Below, in pieces: positions 1-12,708 of a DNA stretch of 64,000 nt. The position numbers and the translations under genes were made by a program. Source of the DNA: Oopsacas minuta (Eukaryota; Animalia; Porifera). The notes beneath the pieces were generated by a model, which was given only the letters and a program-made list of their open reading frames with translations, made no database searches and had not been told where the DNA came from. The DNA lies in assembly GCA_024704765.1 (NCBI GenBank), contig JAKMXF010000324.1, positions 248,001 to 312,000 on the forward strand, in the 5' to 3' direction. How positions within the stretch are numbered: the first letter of the stretch is position 1; every line of letters begins with the position of its first letter.

Positions 1-609
1 CCTGATTGTGATATATCCGCTTATACATATGATCGTACTATATTAATGGAAGAGAGACAGAATATGTTGGAAGATTTGAAGTTAACAAGGAAAGAGAGAA
101 GAGCGAATGTTCAGGATGTTGTTGATTCATCTCATCGAAGGGGCGCGACGCATTCACCACCTAACCGTGATGCGGTTGCGTATCGTCCCTCTTGGTCTAG
201 TGTCTTGTCAACGCTCGATCCTCCTGAAGCATTACAAAAGCCCCAATCGGTTGCTAAGACAAACCAGAGGTTTGAGGTCCAAGCAGCTGATGAGGGTAAC
301 CCAACTTCCCTACCGATTTCACCCCCTGTTGATTCAGAAGTACATGTCTCATTCCATTCGTCAGACCCGGTTGCTATGCCAGAACCTACGCCATACAATC
401 TCCGACACATGAACACATCCGTACGACTAAACGAGCTCATCATTGAGAGATCGCACGACGCGAAACTCGTTGTTATTAACCTTCCTTCCCCGCCTGATAG
501 CCATAGCGACGAAACTAGCTACATGGCATTCTTAGAGGTGTTAACTGAGGGACTAGACAGGGTGCTTATGATCAGAGGAGGCGGTAGAGAGGTTGTTTCA
601 ATTTTCTAA
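1..609 (+). CDS. K-Cl cotransporter (KCC, SLC12A4-7 family), last exon, 5'-truncated by the window
   Basis: The frame is open from base 1 (PDCDISAYTYDRTILMEERQNML). The end, HMNTSVRLNELIIERSHDAKLVVINLPSPP...YMAFLEVLTEGLDRVLMIRGGGREVVSIF, matches the KCC C-terminal domain. Confidence 0.93.
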   Translation, partial: PDCDISAYTYDRTILMEERQNMLEDLKLTRKERRANVQDVVDSSHRRGATHSPPNRDAVAYRPSWSSVLSTLDPPEALQKPQSVAKTNQRFEVQAADEGNPTSLPISPPVDSEVHVSFHSSDPVAMPEPTPYNLRHMNTSVRLNELIIERSHDAKLVVINLPSPPDSHSDETSYMAFLEVLTEGLDRVLMIRGGGREVVSIF

Positions 610-1088
610 TTTATATTTGTAATATAATTGTATAATTCGTCGTTTTCGATCATTTATATGGAATTATTAGACTTTTCAGTGTATTTATGTTCAATCAAAT
701 TCCACTTATTTTAACGTATTTATCAGAGTGATTTTCTGTATATTTATTTCGTATTCTGAGTGGTTTATTTTATTCTATTGGGTCTGTCTACCACCTAGGA
801 CCCCTTATACCCATTTCAACACATTCTGTGGACCCCTGCTCTCCTCCAGAGACCACTAAGGGCTCCATGAGCCACAGATTGGGATCCGCTACTCTAGCAA
901 GCATTGTAAAAGTAATAATATTACCAGAAATTACATGTAGTGGGTGTCGCCTATATTAACCATCTCCTGGAAAACGGTACTCATATACTTTTGTATAATT
1001 CTATCGGTTATAAGAACATATTTTATTACCCCAAGGGTGTTCTTATTCGCGATAAACACCGTAATATGTTTTTAATAATAGCTTATAA

Positions 1089-4000
1089 ATGGAATGGGAT
1101 GAGCTCAGACAACTAGAACCTGCCCTGACTCACTGGCTAGAGAAATACAGTAGTATAACTCTAGTCAGCGATAGCAAGAGAATGGTGGAGGAAGTTAAAG
1201 AAATATTCAAAGATAAAAACTTAAACACGAGTGCTCTAGTATTAAAGTATCATAGAATAGAAGAGCTAGTAATGAGATGTATACATCATCTCACGAGGGA
1301 AGGTAGACTGGATCAGTTAGATGATTCATTAACCCAGTTACCAGATCAGGTGATTGGAATTCAGTAGTCATTTTTAGTAAATTTTATTATAGGAAATAAA
1401 TGTGTAGTGAGTTAAGTCAAATTTGCAGTTTTGAAAGTAATTTATATAAAACTTGAAAATACATAAAATTTTGAATTTTCTGAATTTATTTGTACTAGGA
1501 TAATTTTCAATTTGACACAAAAGGTGTGAAAATATGATTAATCACCAAAGGGAATCTCGAAATGGACTTATTGCCTCCACAAGCAGGGCATGTGGAAACG
1601 GGTAACTTCTGGAAAAGTAGTGAAAAATTATAGAACGATTCCTAGAGTTTTTCTCCACCCTTGACGCTCCATCTATGGAGATTACACTGTGTTCTAATGT
1701 GATTATAATCCTGTAGGTATTCGCTTCATGTATTCCCAACCTTTCCTACGTGGAGCTGACCTACCATTTCCCTCAGACATTATCCTTATGTGCTCGTCTA
1801 ATCCACAGATTCTATAGAATTAAACAGAGAAGGAAGTTACCTATTCCTGTAATAGACACTCTGTTATACCAGTTATGCTTGTGGTTATTCAAATCTACTC
1901 TTCAGGAGCAAGTAAGTGAACTTCAGGCTAGTGTTAGTTGGTAACTTGTTCAGCTCCAACGCCCGCATCAAGTTTACCTGCCTCATGAATATTGTCATTA
2001 TTTCACCACTTTATCAGTGAAATTCAACGGTGTATCAACTGTATTTAGTTTGTATATTTCTTATCAGGATTTCTCTCACTATATGACAGAGATAAAGGAA
2101 TGTTTATCAGCTATTCAACAGCTAGAGCCTAATCTTGTAGATAGAGTATACAGAAACAGAGATGAGATTAATTCTATTCTAGATTCACTAGCTAGTCATC
2201 CTTACAGATCTACTCTCATAGAAGATAGCATCAAAAGCAAAGTATGTATATTTTAATAAATATAACAAAAATGGTAGCACAGTTATGACCAAATATGAGT
2301 ACATTATTCTATTATGAGTATTTCTGTGAGAACACACCGATTGTCATCTCTCTATTTCACCTTGTATCCTACAGGTAGAAGGAAAGCTCAAAGCACTAAG
2401 AATGGTATCAAACAAACTAGAATCACTATCACAACGAGAAATGATTTCTATCAGTCAAATGCTGCATGAAGGACAGCGACATTCTGTGATAGGTAATGAA
2501 ACATTTGACTCATTCTCTGATCCTCTATTCACCTACACACAACTTGAGGAGAGGATTAGTTTAAGTATAGAGCTTGTTAAAGCTGTTGGGCCTATTCAGA
2601 GACAGGATAATCTTGCTGGATTAACTGATTCCTTAGAGAAGAGAATTATGTCAGATCAGTAAGTTATATTGCTAATACATGTTTGAACTTATAACCGGCA
2701 TAAATATACAAGAATATACGACAACCATTTTCAATGAGGATGGTGCTTATAACCGGTGTTCTTATAACCGGCATTCACCGTATCCATGTTCAGTATAAGC
2801 GGAATTACGGTATCCTTTATAGAGCTACTGTAGCGTTGATAGACAAGCTATCTACTCACTCATTTGATACTCTTATACAAGATGAACCAGTAGATGCTAT
2901 GTTGATGAGATATCTACAAGGAATAGAGATTCTATTGTCTATAACTAAGGATGGTGAAATCGATAAAGCTAATACTAATGGAATAGATGGTGGAGGTAAG
3001 ACAATTGGTGTGTATTGTAACTTATATGTAACTTGTACATTCAATTATACCTGCGTTACCCAACCAGAGAATTCATGGACTTCTTAGTGGTCCACGGACG
3101 ACAGCAGGGGGTCATATGATCTATTGAATTCTATGGGAGGGGTCCACAAGGGGAAAAGGTTGAGAATCGCCGATTTATACTAATTGCACCATCAAGTCTG
3201 ACTGAGCGACACACCTCTCACCTTTTCTCATAGATTTATTGAGGTTTTTCTTAGCTATTAGGGTATATTCATCCATTTACCATATTCCACCAATATGCAA
3301 AATCAAGTTTGTAGCATTTCCCAGTTCCTCAATCGATTCTGTCAAAACACGAAAATAATTCAGTTAATTTGGTTTGGACCATATTTGTACAATTTTAGAT
3401 GTAACGCGAGTTGACTGTAGTGTACTATTTAGATAATTTTGTCTCAGAAGCTTGCCTAATATTTCCAGAGTACCATTCATATGCAGAAGCCTTCTACCCC
3501 CTTTCTAATAACAAAGACAATACTCCAAACACCAACCCGATCACTTCTAGTACTCCTCTACGCACTAACTCACAGTCTCTACCCTCTATTGATGAGATTA
3601 AAGTTGTACAGACACCAGAGCTCCAAACAGTCACAATACTCCATTCCCTTCCTACTTCCCCTTCACAGCTATCACAGTTAGAAGATTCTCAATCTATAAT
3701 AGCATCTTCTCCTTCTAATCTGGATAGTGAGAGAGTACTACAAGCTGAAGCTGAGATAGCAATGCTCAAGAGTAGGATTAGTGATCTGGTAAATACGCTA
3801 AATATTATTAATATACAAACAGTTTCCTTGTTTGTCATATGGGACTAGGAATTCGCTAAATTTATTTTTCACTTCATTTCCAGAAGTTCCCTTTTGTTTA
3901 CAGAACACATTTGTTATTCAAACTGTTTGTAATATTAACTTAAAAGTTCTACTTCATTCTGTTAGGAAGGAAAGTATAAGAGATCTAGAGGCAGCCTAGT

Positions 4001-4691
4001 AGAGCTCCACAAACGCGAGAAAGGACTCCAAGAGAAGGTAACTATAATGACAAAGAAACATATTCAACAGGACAGATACATAGAAGAGATTTATCTTCCT
4101 CAATACCGGCGATCTGAGGTTGTAAAACGATTCACTAATATGTACATGCAAGAGAGGTTAGACTGTTTAGAAGCTTTTAGAAGCAAAGGATTCTCTTCTG
4201 ATAAAACGAACAGAATAATATTCTCTATTCTAAAGACAGCTTATGAATATACTTGTAGAGAAGACCGTAGGATTACACAACAATTACAGATACTTTTAGA
4301 GATACCGAATAACCCAGTATCTTCCCTCGCAATACAAGATAGTGTGTATACTTATCTACGTAAGGAGAATGTCATTTTGCCCTCCCTACTTCCGGTTCTA
4401 ACTGACAGAGTTATTTCATCTGTTTTAGCGGGAAACGGTGAGTTGTTAGACTTAATAAACACGCGATTGGTTAGGGTTTACGCGAAGAGTTGTGTGGAGC
4501 TCTCATGGGGCATTCTAATACAATCCCCGAGATTGTATCTTGGTTTTAAAGAGAAGCGGTTTAATCCTGATATACATAGAAGGTTCTTTTCATCTGATCA
4601 AGATTCTGAGATTATTCAGTTCTTCGTTTGGCCGTCTTTATTAGAGAGTGGGACTCTACGTACTTTATGTCAGGGCATAGTAGTTACTTAG
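1089..4691 (+). CDS. Multi-exon protein with a C-terminal Mieap/SPATA18-like domain (exons approx. 1089-1349, 1717-1911, ~2070-2242, ~2376-2659, ~2822-2996, ~3433-3790, ~3966-4691)
   Basis: A chain of + ORF pieces bounded by GT/AG. The last exon, YAKSCVELSWGILIQSPRL...FNPDIHRRFFSSDQDSEIIQFFVWPSLLE...CQGIVVT, resembles the Mieap C-terminal domain. Inner exon borders are approximate. Confidence 0.6.
1925..2028 (-). mobile_element. MITE family B partial copy, inverted
   Basis: Reverse complement of the right end of family B (GTTCAGCTCCAACGCCCGCATCAAGTTTACCTGCCTCATGAATATTGTCATTATTTCACC). Confidence 0.75.
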
Positions 4692-5202
4692 ATTTTCAGA
4701 ATATCAATTTCTTATTTTGTCTTTGTTTTTCTATTTTAGTTTTCAGTTTTGCAACCTTATGGAACGCCGTATTATCTCAAATAATAGTTCATATGAATTA
4801 AACCTTTTCCTGGGATTATATTTGCCTAATCCTGGATCTTCGAAAATTCCAACAATTCCAATCTATTATTTACGAAAATTGGCACATAAATTTGTAAACA
4901 TTTTCCTGGATTCCATGTTTCGCAAGTATGGTAGACTCTCTTTTGAGTAAAATGCTCTTAGTTTGAGTCTTGAGAGGGAGGTTGGCTATGAATTTTCATT
5001 TTAACCACACTTTAGAAGAGTTTGTGAACACATGCATACGCGAGTAGTAATGCAAGATTTCTTATACCATACTTGTAAATTTTTCCCCATGATATCAAGT
5101 GTAATCCTGTGAAAGTAAGCATGACATACCCTGGGTAGTATTCGAGGCATACTTATTTACACTCACAACAATTCACTCTTAAACAATTAGAATAGCTATA
5201 AA

Positions 5203-6377
5203 ATGAACTCATTTCTTCTTCTCTCCATACTCTCTCTCCTTTCTTACTCCTCATCTCTCCCCTGTGATTATTTCGATCCTAACATACAACCAAATAACTG
5301 TGACGTAATACTTTCACAATTCAACCATTCTGACATCAATCAGGTCGAATTAGAGAATCTGAAATCTTACATAACTTCCTCGAATATTAATAGTTTTCAG
5401 TTACTGCATAAAAACCATTTGATAATCTCCCTTGCGACTGCTCCAATTGATTCAACAATCTCCCTCAGTCAACCTTTTCTCCTCTCTCTATCGTCCATTT
5501 TATTTTCAGACTCCTCTCATTATTCCTACCCTCCCTTCTCGAGTATTATCAGTCGTCTGACTCCAGGGGTCCAAATCGATGTCCCATTAGACACGTATCT
5601 CTTTGATATATTATCTCTCCAGGTGTTTGACCATATGAACGATAGATACTGGTATGGCCGAACGTAACTATTGCATTCTCTCATAGAGCTGTGCCTATAA
5701 TAGAAAGCATCCTCGAATCGTATTTCCAAGACAGTCTACGACATTTAGTGCAAAAAACAAGGGTCGTTTTGGCTCTTGAACATTTCCGTCTCGATCAAAC
5801 AAGTGAGGGTCAAAAATTGATACGCTCAACAACTAAAGATATATTACGTATGGGGAATATTGTAAGGAATATAATGGAAGGAGATTATTCCAATTATTCA
5901 ATGGTTTATTCACATTTCCCTATACGGAGTGAAGAACAGATCCGAGGTTTTAAAGAATTCAAGTACGGGTGGTGGGTGAACGGTGCTCAATATCAAGGGG
6001 ACAACTCCAACCTTTTCAAACTAGCCCCTGGTGATATGATTGGGTCAATGGAATGCCAGCATAGTCTATACATTGCCCCGAGTTGGGAAATGGTGTTACT
6101 TATCCAACGGAGTAAGAAATCCTGTGACAATAATACAGATTGGCTAGTTGAAGACAAAAATGTTTGGGCACAATTATCAAAAGTTTACTCTGGGAAGGAC
6201 GAAGTGCTCACGCGGTATTCGCTTGGATTTGTGACGTCAGGAAGTATGATAGTTAAAAATTTCATGTTCTACGCTCTCTATTGCATAGTTGGCCATGTTG
6301 TTACCACATATGTAACTAAACTTCTATGGAACATCAGCACGTTGATTTCGAGTAACACTGAGTTCAAACATACCTGA
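5203..6377 (+). CDS. Secreted or membrane-anchored protein with degenerate beta-lactamase/serine-hydrolase-like C-terminal motifs; split by a -1 frame break near 5646-5690
   Basis: N-terminal signal peptide (MNSFLLLSILSLLSYSSS). STTKDILRMG and KYGWWVNG...APGDMIGSMECQHSLYIAPSWEMVLL resemble class C beta-lactamase-family motifs. Hydrophobic C-terminus. The two ORFs are joined by either a 1-nt insertion or a 23-nt GT-AG intron. Confidence 0.5.
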
Positions 6378-7116
6378 GTTACTAACCCGTTACTAGGAAA
6401 ATAGCTATAATCTCCCTCCTACATTCTAGCTAGTAATCATGTTTTCTATTTGATAAATATTCTTGTTAGTAATAAGATTTAATAGTTCAGCGAATTTTAT
6501 ATTTATTTCATTCTTTAGATATTTATCGAAAATGCAATTCAAGTATGTGTTTGAAACTTTGGAGAAATATCTAGTGTAATATTTCTCCGTAACTTTATAT
6601 GCGGGTTCAAACATCTGTCGAGAACGAAGGATAGACAATGATCATTTTCGAAAATCAATAATCCCAGTGCAATTCATCCACGAATTTCTAGGAACGCTGG
6701 ATACGTTTTTCTGTGGATGGTTTGGCACAAAATATATTTCCTAGATGAGTCATATTGTATCCACATACTTTGTGAAAATATTCACATTTGAAGAGTTCTA
6801 ATCCAAATGCACACCTATACACCCCGAAATGTACTCATATTTTCATGTCAATCGTACTGCTAGATACTCAGGACACCGTGTACGGACAAACCTGTACATC
6901 TTCCATCTCCCTATAGGACCTACACTAATATCAATGAGATATAATTACAGTATTGTTGATATAATAATTCACTAGTTTGTTGTGGAATCATCAGAAATGT
7001 ACACATATTATGGGAGATATAAATAGCAAAGCACTGTTGGATGCTTTAATTTTGAGTACATAATTTGGCTAATCGTTGTATCTTACAATTCCTTCAGAGG
7101 TGTATGTTTGTGTTTG

Positions 7117-7842
7117 TTAATTTTCATGTAAGTTGGCCCAGTCCGAAGAGATAAACCAGGAGAAGTTTGAAGACCTGGATTCAGGGGTGGAACAAAAACT
7201 GTCCGTATAATTCGGAAAGTCAGTTGAGAAATCGGAATCGAAATTCTCTGAATTAATCTGTATTTCAGAAATGGAGCTATCTTCCTCGTGAAAAGTCCTC
7301 ATATCTGTTTCATAGTTATCTTCAGGGTAGGATGAGATGTAAGGGAAGTGTGCTTCTGGGTATTTCATGACGTCATCATGTTGTGTTTCTATAATCTCCT
7401 CATTCTGCGGATAATAGTTTGGTATGTATATAGGGAAGGAAGGCATATATATAGAAGGCCTGGGCATACTAGGGACTGGCAGCGAATTACGGAATTGATC
7501 TTCCTGCGGCTGGTCGATTACCTCACTTAATTCTGCTTTCAAAAGCTTAATATGTTCTATACAAGTTTTTAGTGTTTGTTGTTTGGAAATTTTTGGGAGA
7601 GATTTGCATTGTTTCTTCAGTCCTAGCGTCTGGTTAAGATGCGTATACTCCCCATTCACCGCCCTGACACGTATCTGTTCCCTAAGACGCTTCGCTTCAC
7701 GCATTATCTGTGCGTGTTGTTGTAAAGGCAAATTCCTAACTCCGTGTCTTCCTTTCTGTGAAATTTGTGCTGTGTTATCCTTGCTTTTCAGAGAAGTACT
7801 CTGCCCCTTTTTACTATTTAACTTTGTCCTAGAGTGGATCAT
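7117..7842 (-). CDS. bHLH transcription factor (divergent, group A-like)
   Basis: REAKRLREQIRVRAVNGEYTHLNQTL...KISKQQTLKTCIEHIKLLKAEL fits the basic-helix-loop-helix pattern and is followed by a Pro/Ser/acidic tail. Confidence 0.8.
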   Translation of the reverse strand: MIHSRTKLNSKKGQSTSLKSKDNTAQISQKGRHGVRNLPLQQHAQIMREAKRLREQIRVRAVNGEYTHLNQTLGLKKQCKSLPKISKQQTLKTCIEHIKLLKAELSEVIDQPQEDQFRNSLPVPSMPRPSIYMPSFPIYIPNYYPQNEEIIETQHDDVMKYPEAHFPYISSYPEDNYETDMRTFHEEDSSISEIQINSENFDSDFSTDFPNYTDSFCSTPESRSSNFSWFISSDWANLHEN

Positions 7843-8516
7843 TTCGGTTTCAATAATATAAATAGTCTAGTCGTGTTAATTCATTTTTGTACACATTTAT
7901 ATTTGCTTGCTGGACCTATTCGCAAAATTATGAAAGTGCGCCGAAGTCATCTATTTTAATCTTATTTGAAAATTCTGGTTATGAATTTCTAATTCATCTT
8001 TGGCAGTTTGGAGTATAAATTCACTTTTAGTGTGCTGTTTGAACGGAAACAGGTTTGTACAGATTAGTAGAGTGGCTTTGTGGTGTAGGACAGAGAGGCC
8101 TCAAAGCCCTCATAAAATCTATAATATATAATTCCAATTACAAACCTGATAACTATCCTCTTCCAGAGGTTTCGCTACTGGAGTGTCCTCATTTCCCCAA
8201 CGCCCCCCAACGCTCCAACCAGAACCTTACCTTTCGAAACAGCACGACACAAATTATACCGGTTTAACTGTCATGTGTTAGTGGGAAATTCAGGGTTTGA
8301 AAAGTAAAGCAGAATTAATGACAATTCGATAATTTCCCATTAGTGGCCACCCCTCGAGTGAGAAACTTATTAATTCTTGTTAATTATCCTGTATGAGATA
8401 GTTTAGGCAGCATTCCTTAACCAGGACATCAAAGCTTGTTGTGTTTATAGAAATTACTGGGGTACTTTTAGTGTAGGTAATTTCCCATTTCTACTATTAT
8501 TCTACATACAATATGA

Positions 8517-8999
8517 TTGTCACCACAAAATATCATTTCTTTCGATATGGCCGCTTGCCAGAGTTCCAGCACAGATAAGAGCCTATTTTTTACAGAGCAA
8601 GAGATTTCTGTTCTCGCCCAATACGCTCAAAATGAAACGATCGATCCAGAAATCAGGAAAAATTTGTTTAGAATTCCTCAAATATATTTGAATTTACAGG
8701 AAGCGTTTAACGTCCTGCAGGAAGAGAACGAAATCTTGTTAGTAGAAACTCAGGACACATTCAGTAAATTCAAACAACGAATATATTCTGATAGAGCGAA
8801 AATTCTAGAACTTGAAGCTGAAATCCGTAGTTTAAGAGAAGGCATAGAAGTTAAGAACACGAGGCAGGAGATACATGCAAAGCCTCCCTATTCTAACTCA
8901 CCGAAATCACAGAGTTTTGACGAATCTAGGAAGATGAAAGGTGAAAGGATATACAGGGACAGACTGGTAGTAACGGATTTTATGGCTCAAATCGACTAA
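8517..8999 (+). CDS. Small coiled-coil protein, unknown function; start uncertain
   Basis: 160-aa ORF with a heptad-rich segment (LNLQEAFNVLQEENEILL...KILELEAEIRSLREGIE). Confidence 0.5.
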   Translation: MSPQNIISFDMAACQSSSTDKSLFFTEQEISVLAQYAQNETIDPEIRKNLFRIPQIYLNLQEAFNVLQEENEILLVETQDTFSKFKQRIYSDRAKILELEAEIRSLREGIEVKNTRQEIHAKPPYSNSPKSQSFDESRKMKGERIYRDRLVVTDFMAQID

Positions 9000-9307
9000 T
9001 CCGTTTGGAAATCAGCTAGCGTTAACTTGAATTAATGTTACATACAAAACTCAGCTTTCATTTGCATTATTTGTTGTTATTTTGCTCTCAAAACTTCATC
9101 TTGCTATGGTTGTTTGTTTGTTCGTTTGTTTTTGTATTAGTGTTGCATTTCTATATCATACAGGCACTACTTTAATCCCCCTACTAATGTCAGATTATAC
9201 AGGTTCTATTGTAATATTTGTAATTAAAATCAATCACTTTAAAACCCAAAATATTGGACATTACACTTTACGTAATATTGCAACATTCCCCTTAATTCTA
9301 TTATAGA

Positions 9308-10035
9308 ATGGACTACACACGATTTGAGGAGATTATCACTTCAAACATCTACTTAGTTATCACTTCTATCATGCTTATGGTACTGACGATACTTTATTAT
9401 ATATTACGGAAGAGTAAACCCCGCTCCATCCTTTTAGTCGGACGCTCCGGCGCTGGGAAAACACGGCTCCTCTGTAAACTATTCTCAAACTCATGTCCAA
9501 TCACTCTAACCTCTATACAGCCAACGACGCTAGAATACACAAACCCGAAATCGAGAAATCGTTCCGTATTTCTGGTAGATATTCCAGGAGATGGTAGAAT
9601 AAGGAGTAAATATCTGAATGAGCATAAAACGCGTAGAATAGTTGGTATTCTGTTTTTGATAGATAGTGTCGAGTTTGAAGATTCTAAAGCTGAGGTTGCG
9701 GATGTTCTATTCGAAATATTGAGTTTAAAGCATTCAAAAAGACTCCGATTTTGTTTGCATGTAATAAACAGGATTTATTCCCTAATGTGTCTTGTGAAAA
9801 TATCAAAATTAAATTAGAGAAAGAAATGCAGATGAAAATCTCAACTCAGACATTCTCTCCAGACGGTCTCGACTCCAAATCCAAGCCTCAGATTATCGGA
9901 AATACAAATCAAGAATTTTCTTTTAAACAACTCGCGAATAAAGTAAATTTCGTTCCTTCTAGCATTACGAATGAGATCTCAGAAAATATTCCTTCTATAG
10001 AATGCATTGAAGATTGGTTAATAAGCAAAATATGA
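9308..10035 (+). CDS. SRPRB: Signal recognition particle receptor beta subunit; one -1 frameshift at A-run 9736-9740
   Basis: N-terminal TM anchor, G1 LVGRSGAGKT, G3 LVDIPGDG and ILFLIDS. G4 ACNKQD lies in the -1 frame; adding one A gives ...HSKKTPILFACNKQD and ends IEDWLISKI. Confidence 0.9.
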
Positions 10036-10912
10036 TATAAACATATGATGCATTGCATTGCTGCTAGTAATTATTATTAAGTTAGTGAAAGATTATTTGA
10101 CACTTCAATTATTGAATAATATTAACCAAATACAACCTCAGAAATGAGGTATATTGTATTTCCGCAACATAACACTTACAAGGATATTTGGAATGTGTCT
10201 TTAGACAATTAATATTTCTCCATATAAGGTATTGTGGCTTCCTCCTTTCAACTGAGATATGTCCAATCTCAAGATTTCCTACAACGTGCCTCTGATGACC
10301 ATACACTTTAATAATTAATTAACCCGAATGTTACTTTAATGATGTTGCTCTTTCTTCCACTTTCTCATATTATTAGTATTTTTGATCCTTGATTAGTGTA
10401 GGTTTAACACCTTAGGAGAATTGTAGACATTATATACTAATATTCGAACTTTGACAGTAAACCAAATGCAGTTGAATTCAAAGAATTCCACTTTTTATTT
10501 GAAGAAATGATTTTTGACGATTTTCTATTTTGAAGTGTTTCACCGAAAGCCTTGGAGGTTCCTTCTGAACTGAATAAGCCCAATTAGCCTCTGTAAATAA
10601 TAATGTAAGCTAGCGGGTGTTTCAATGAATTTATCGGAATTTTCTATAAATATTCCTTTTGTTTATAACCTTAAAATATCTGATAATATCCCTGAATATT
10701 TCCCTCCACTTTCAATGTACGTACTTTCCTGAAGCAATAGTTATAGCTAATTACACTCAGAATTTATAAGAAGTGCTGATTCATCATTATACCCAATTTT
10801 TGTTATTTTAAACTATACAGATCATTTTCAAACATGTTTGATTTGTTTAACACCCAACTATAATTAGAACTAATTATCCACATAGTTCTATATATATATT
10901 AGCGGGCATAGG

Positions 10913-12204
10913 ATGAGTAATGCAGATTCTCAAAGTTCCCCTGATTATACTGGGCAACCTGATAATGGTATCTATCAACAAGCATATTTCCCTGAATCAA
11001 CTCTTACCGAGGAATCAAATCTAGTGGATGTTTTGAAATATTCAGAGGATGATTTGGATAAATTTAGAGAAGAAGCAATCCAGGAGGAGAATGAGAAGTT
11101 AGAACACGCTGAACAGGAATTTCTTATTGAGAAGAGTGAGTTGCAAAAATGGTTTGAGTCTGAGGTGCGTAAAATACGGAGAAATGCAGAACAGCAAATT
11201 CAAGAAATAGAAAATGAGATGAATTTAGTAAGGAAGGATACAGCTACACAGACATTGAAACTGCGAGAAGAGATTGAAATCAAGAATATTAATATTCAAA
11301 CTATATCACAAGATACTGTAGCTTTACAACAGGTATAAGAACTAGGAATGCATTCCATCCTCCTTGTTATATAACCAGGATTATATCCCACTTTACCAGT
11401 GCCCAATCAACAATTTTTCCTGATAATTACACTCAACTGTCGTTATACCGAAAACGGATATTTCAATATACCGGCAGCTGACTGTAGTTACTCATGTAAT
11501 TACTATATATAATATCCTATAGGAGGTTGATAAACTGAAGCTAGAAGTACTAGAGAAACACAGCAAAGCATTAGTACAGATAGATAACTTTTCTCTGAAG
11601 CGGTTAGAGCATGATCAGTACAAACGAGAGTATGACGTAGCTAGTAAGGATTATGAAGCTGTTATGGGTTCGTTTGCAGAGTTACATGCTCAGTATAATG
11701 AGTTGAAGAAAGTATCTGGACAGATACAGAGTGTTGAAGATGACTTAATGAGGGAGTTGAAAAATCAAGAGCATAATCTGCATATATGGAATAACAGGTA
11801 TACTTTAAACAAATGAGCAATCAACAAACAAACAAACAAACAAACAAACAGAAGAAAATAAATGTACAAACAAATATATGAGCAAATACACTGCTTTGTA
11901 ATATTGCAAATGAACAAGCAGGCAAATATGTAATTAACAACTAGCAAACAAGCCTAATCCATTAATATTCAACCCTAGGTACAAGAACCTCAAAGAAGTT
12001 ACTGACCAAGAGATCCAAAAAGCTAACGCTACATTTGCATCTATGTTGAAAGGACATGAACATGATAAAGTAATAGCTGAAAATGAAAAGAAAACAATAG
12101 ATTTACAAATACATTCAGCCACAGAAACTCTAGAACTCAAACGACAACAGAACCAAGAACTAAATAACATATGTCATGAACTGATAGGAGCATTTAAAAA
12201 CTGA
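10913..12204 (+). CDS. Multi-exon coiled-coil protein, unknown (exons approx. 10913-11332, 11524-11798, 11980-12204)
   Basis: Glu/Lys/Gln-rich heptad ORF pieces separated by GT-AG introns; stop TGA at 12202-12204. Confidence 0.65.
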
Positions 12205-12708
12205 CGGACGGAATTTTAAACTAGATACGGCTGTTAATTACTGGTTCTGTTAATTTGCATGAGTTTTGAGGTTATATCATTTTTCCAAGTATAATAGTAT
12301 TTGATTTTGATGTAGACAGAGCACAGCATATGCTTTGGTGATTATTCGCATAGTATAGTACGTGTCAAGGAATTTCCTTTACTATTCTATTCATATCTTG
12401 AATACAATCACATCATTTCTAAAATAAAGGCTGTAAGATTTTTATGTAAGATTAGCTGTAAGCATTGCTTGGTATTGCATACTGTAGGAAGAATCAATTT
12501 TGTGTTTATCATTTCCATATGCAGTGGACTTTATTGAATTGTGTAGATTACAGGGGTTCAAAAATTCCATCATCTTCATGGGATCCTGCAACCTGCATTC
12601 ACAATGGGGGCTTACTTTGCCTTTATGTTCGTCTTATCCGGAAATTCGTATTAACGAGGTTTCACTTATAATGGTCATCTTACACACGAATATAGCTAAA
12701 CACTTCAA

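Noticed and set aside
9731-9745. Programmed -1 ribosomal frameshifting in SRPRB or AGO
   Set aside because: Neither site (A AAA AGA; G AAA ATA) fits X XXY YYZ, and I saw no downstream stimulatory structure. An assembly error is more likely.
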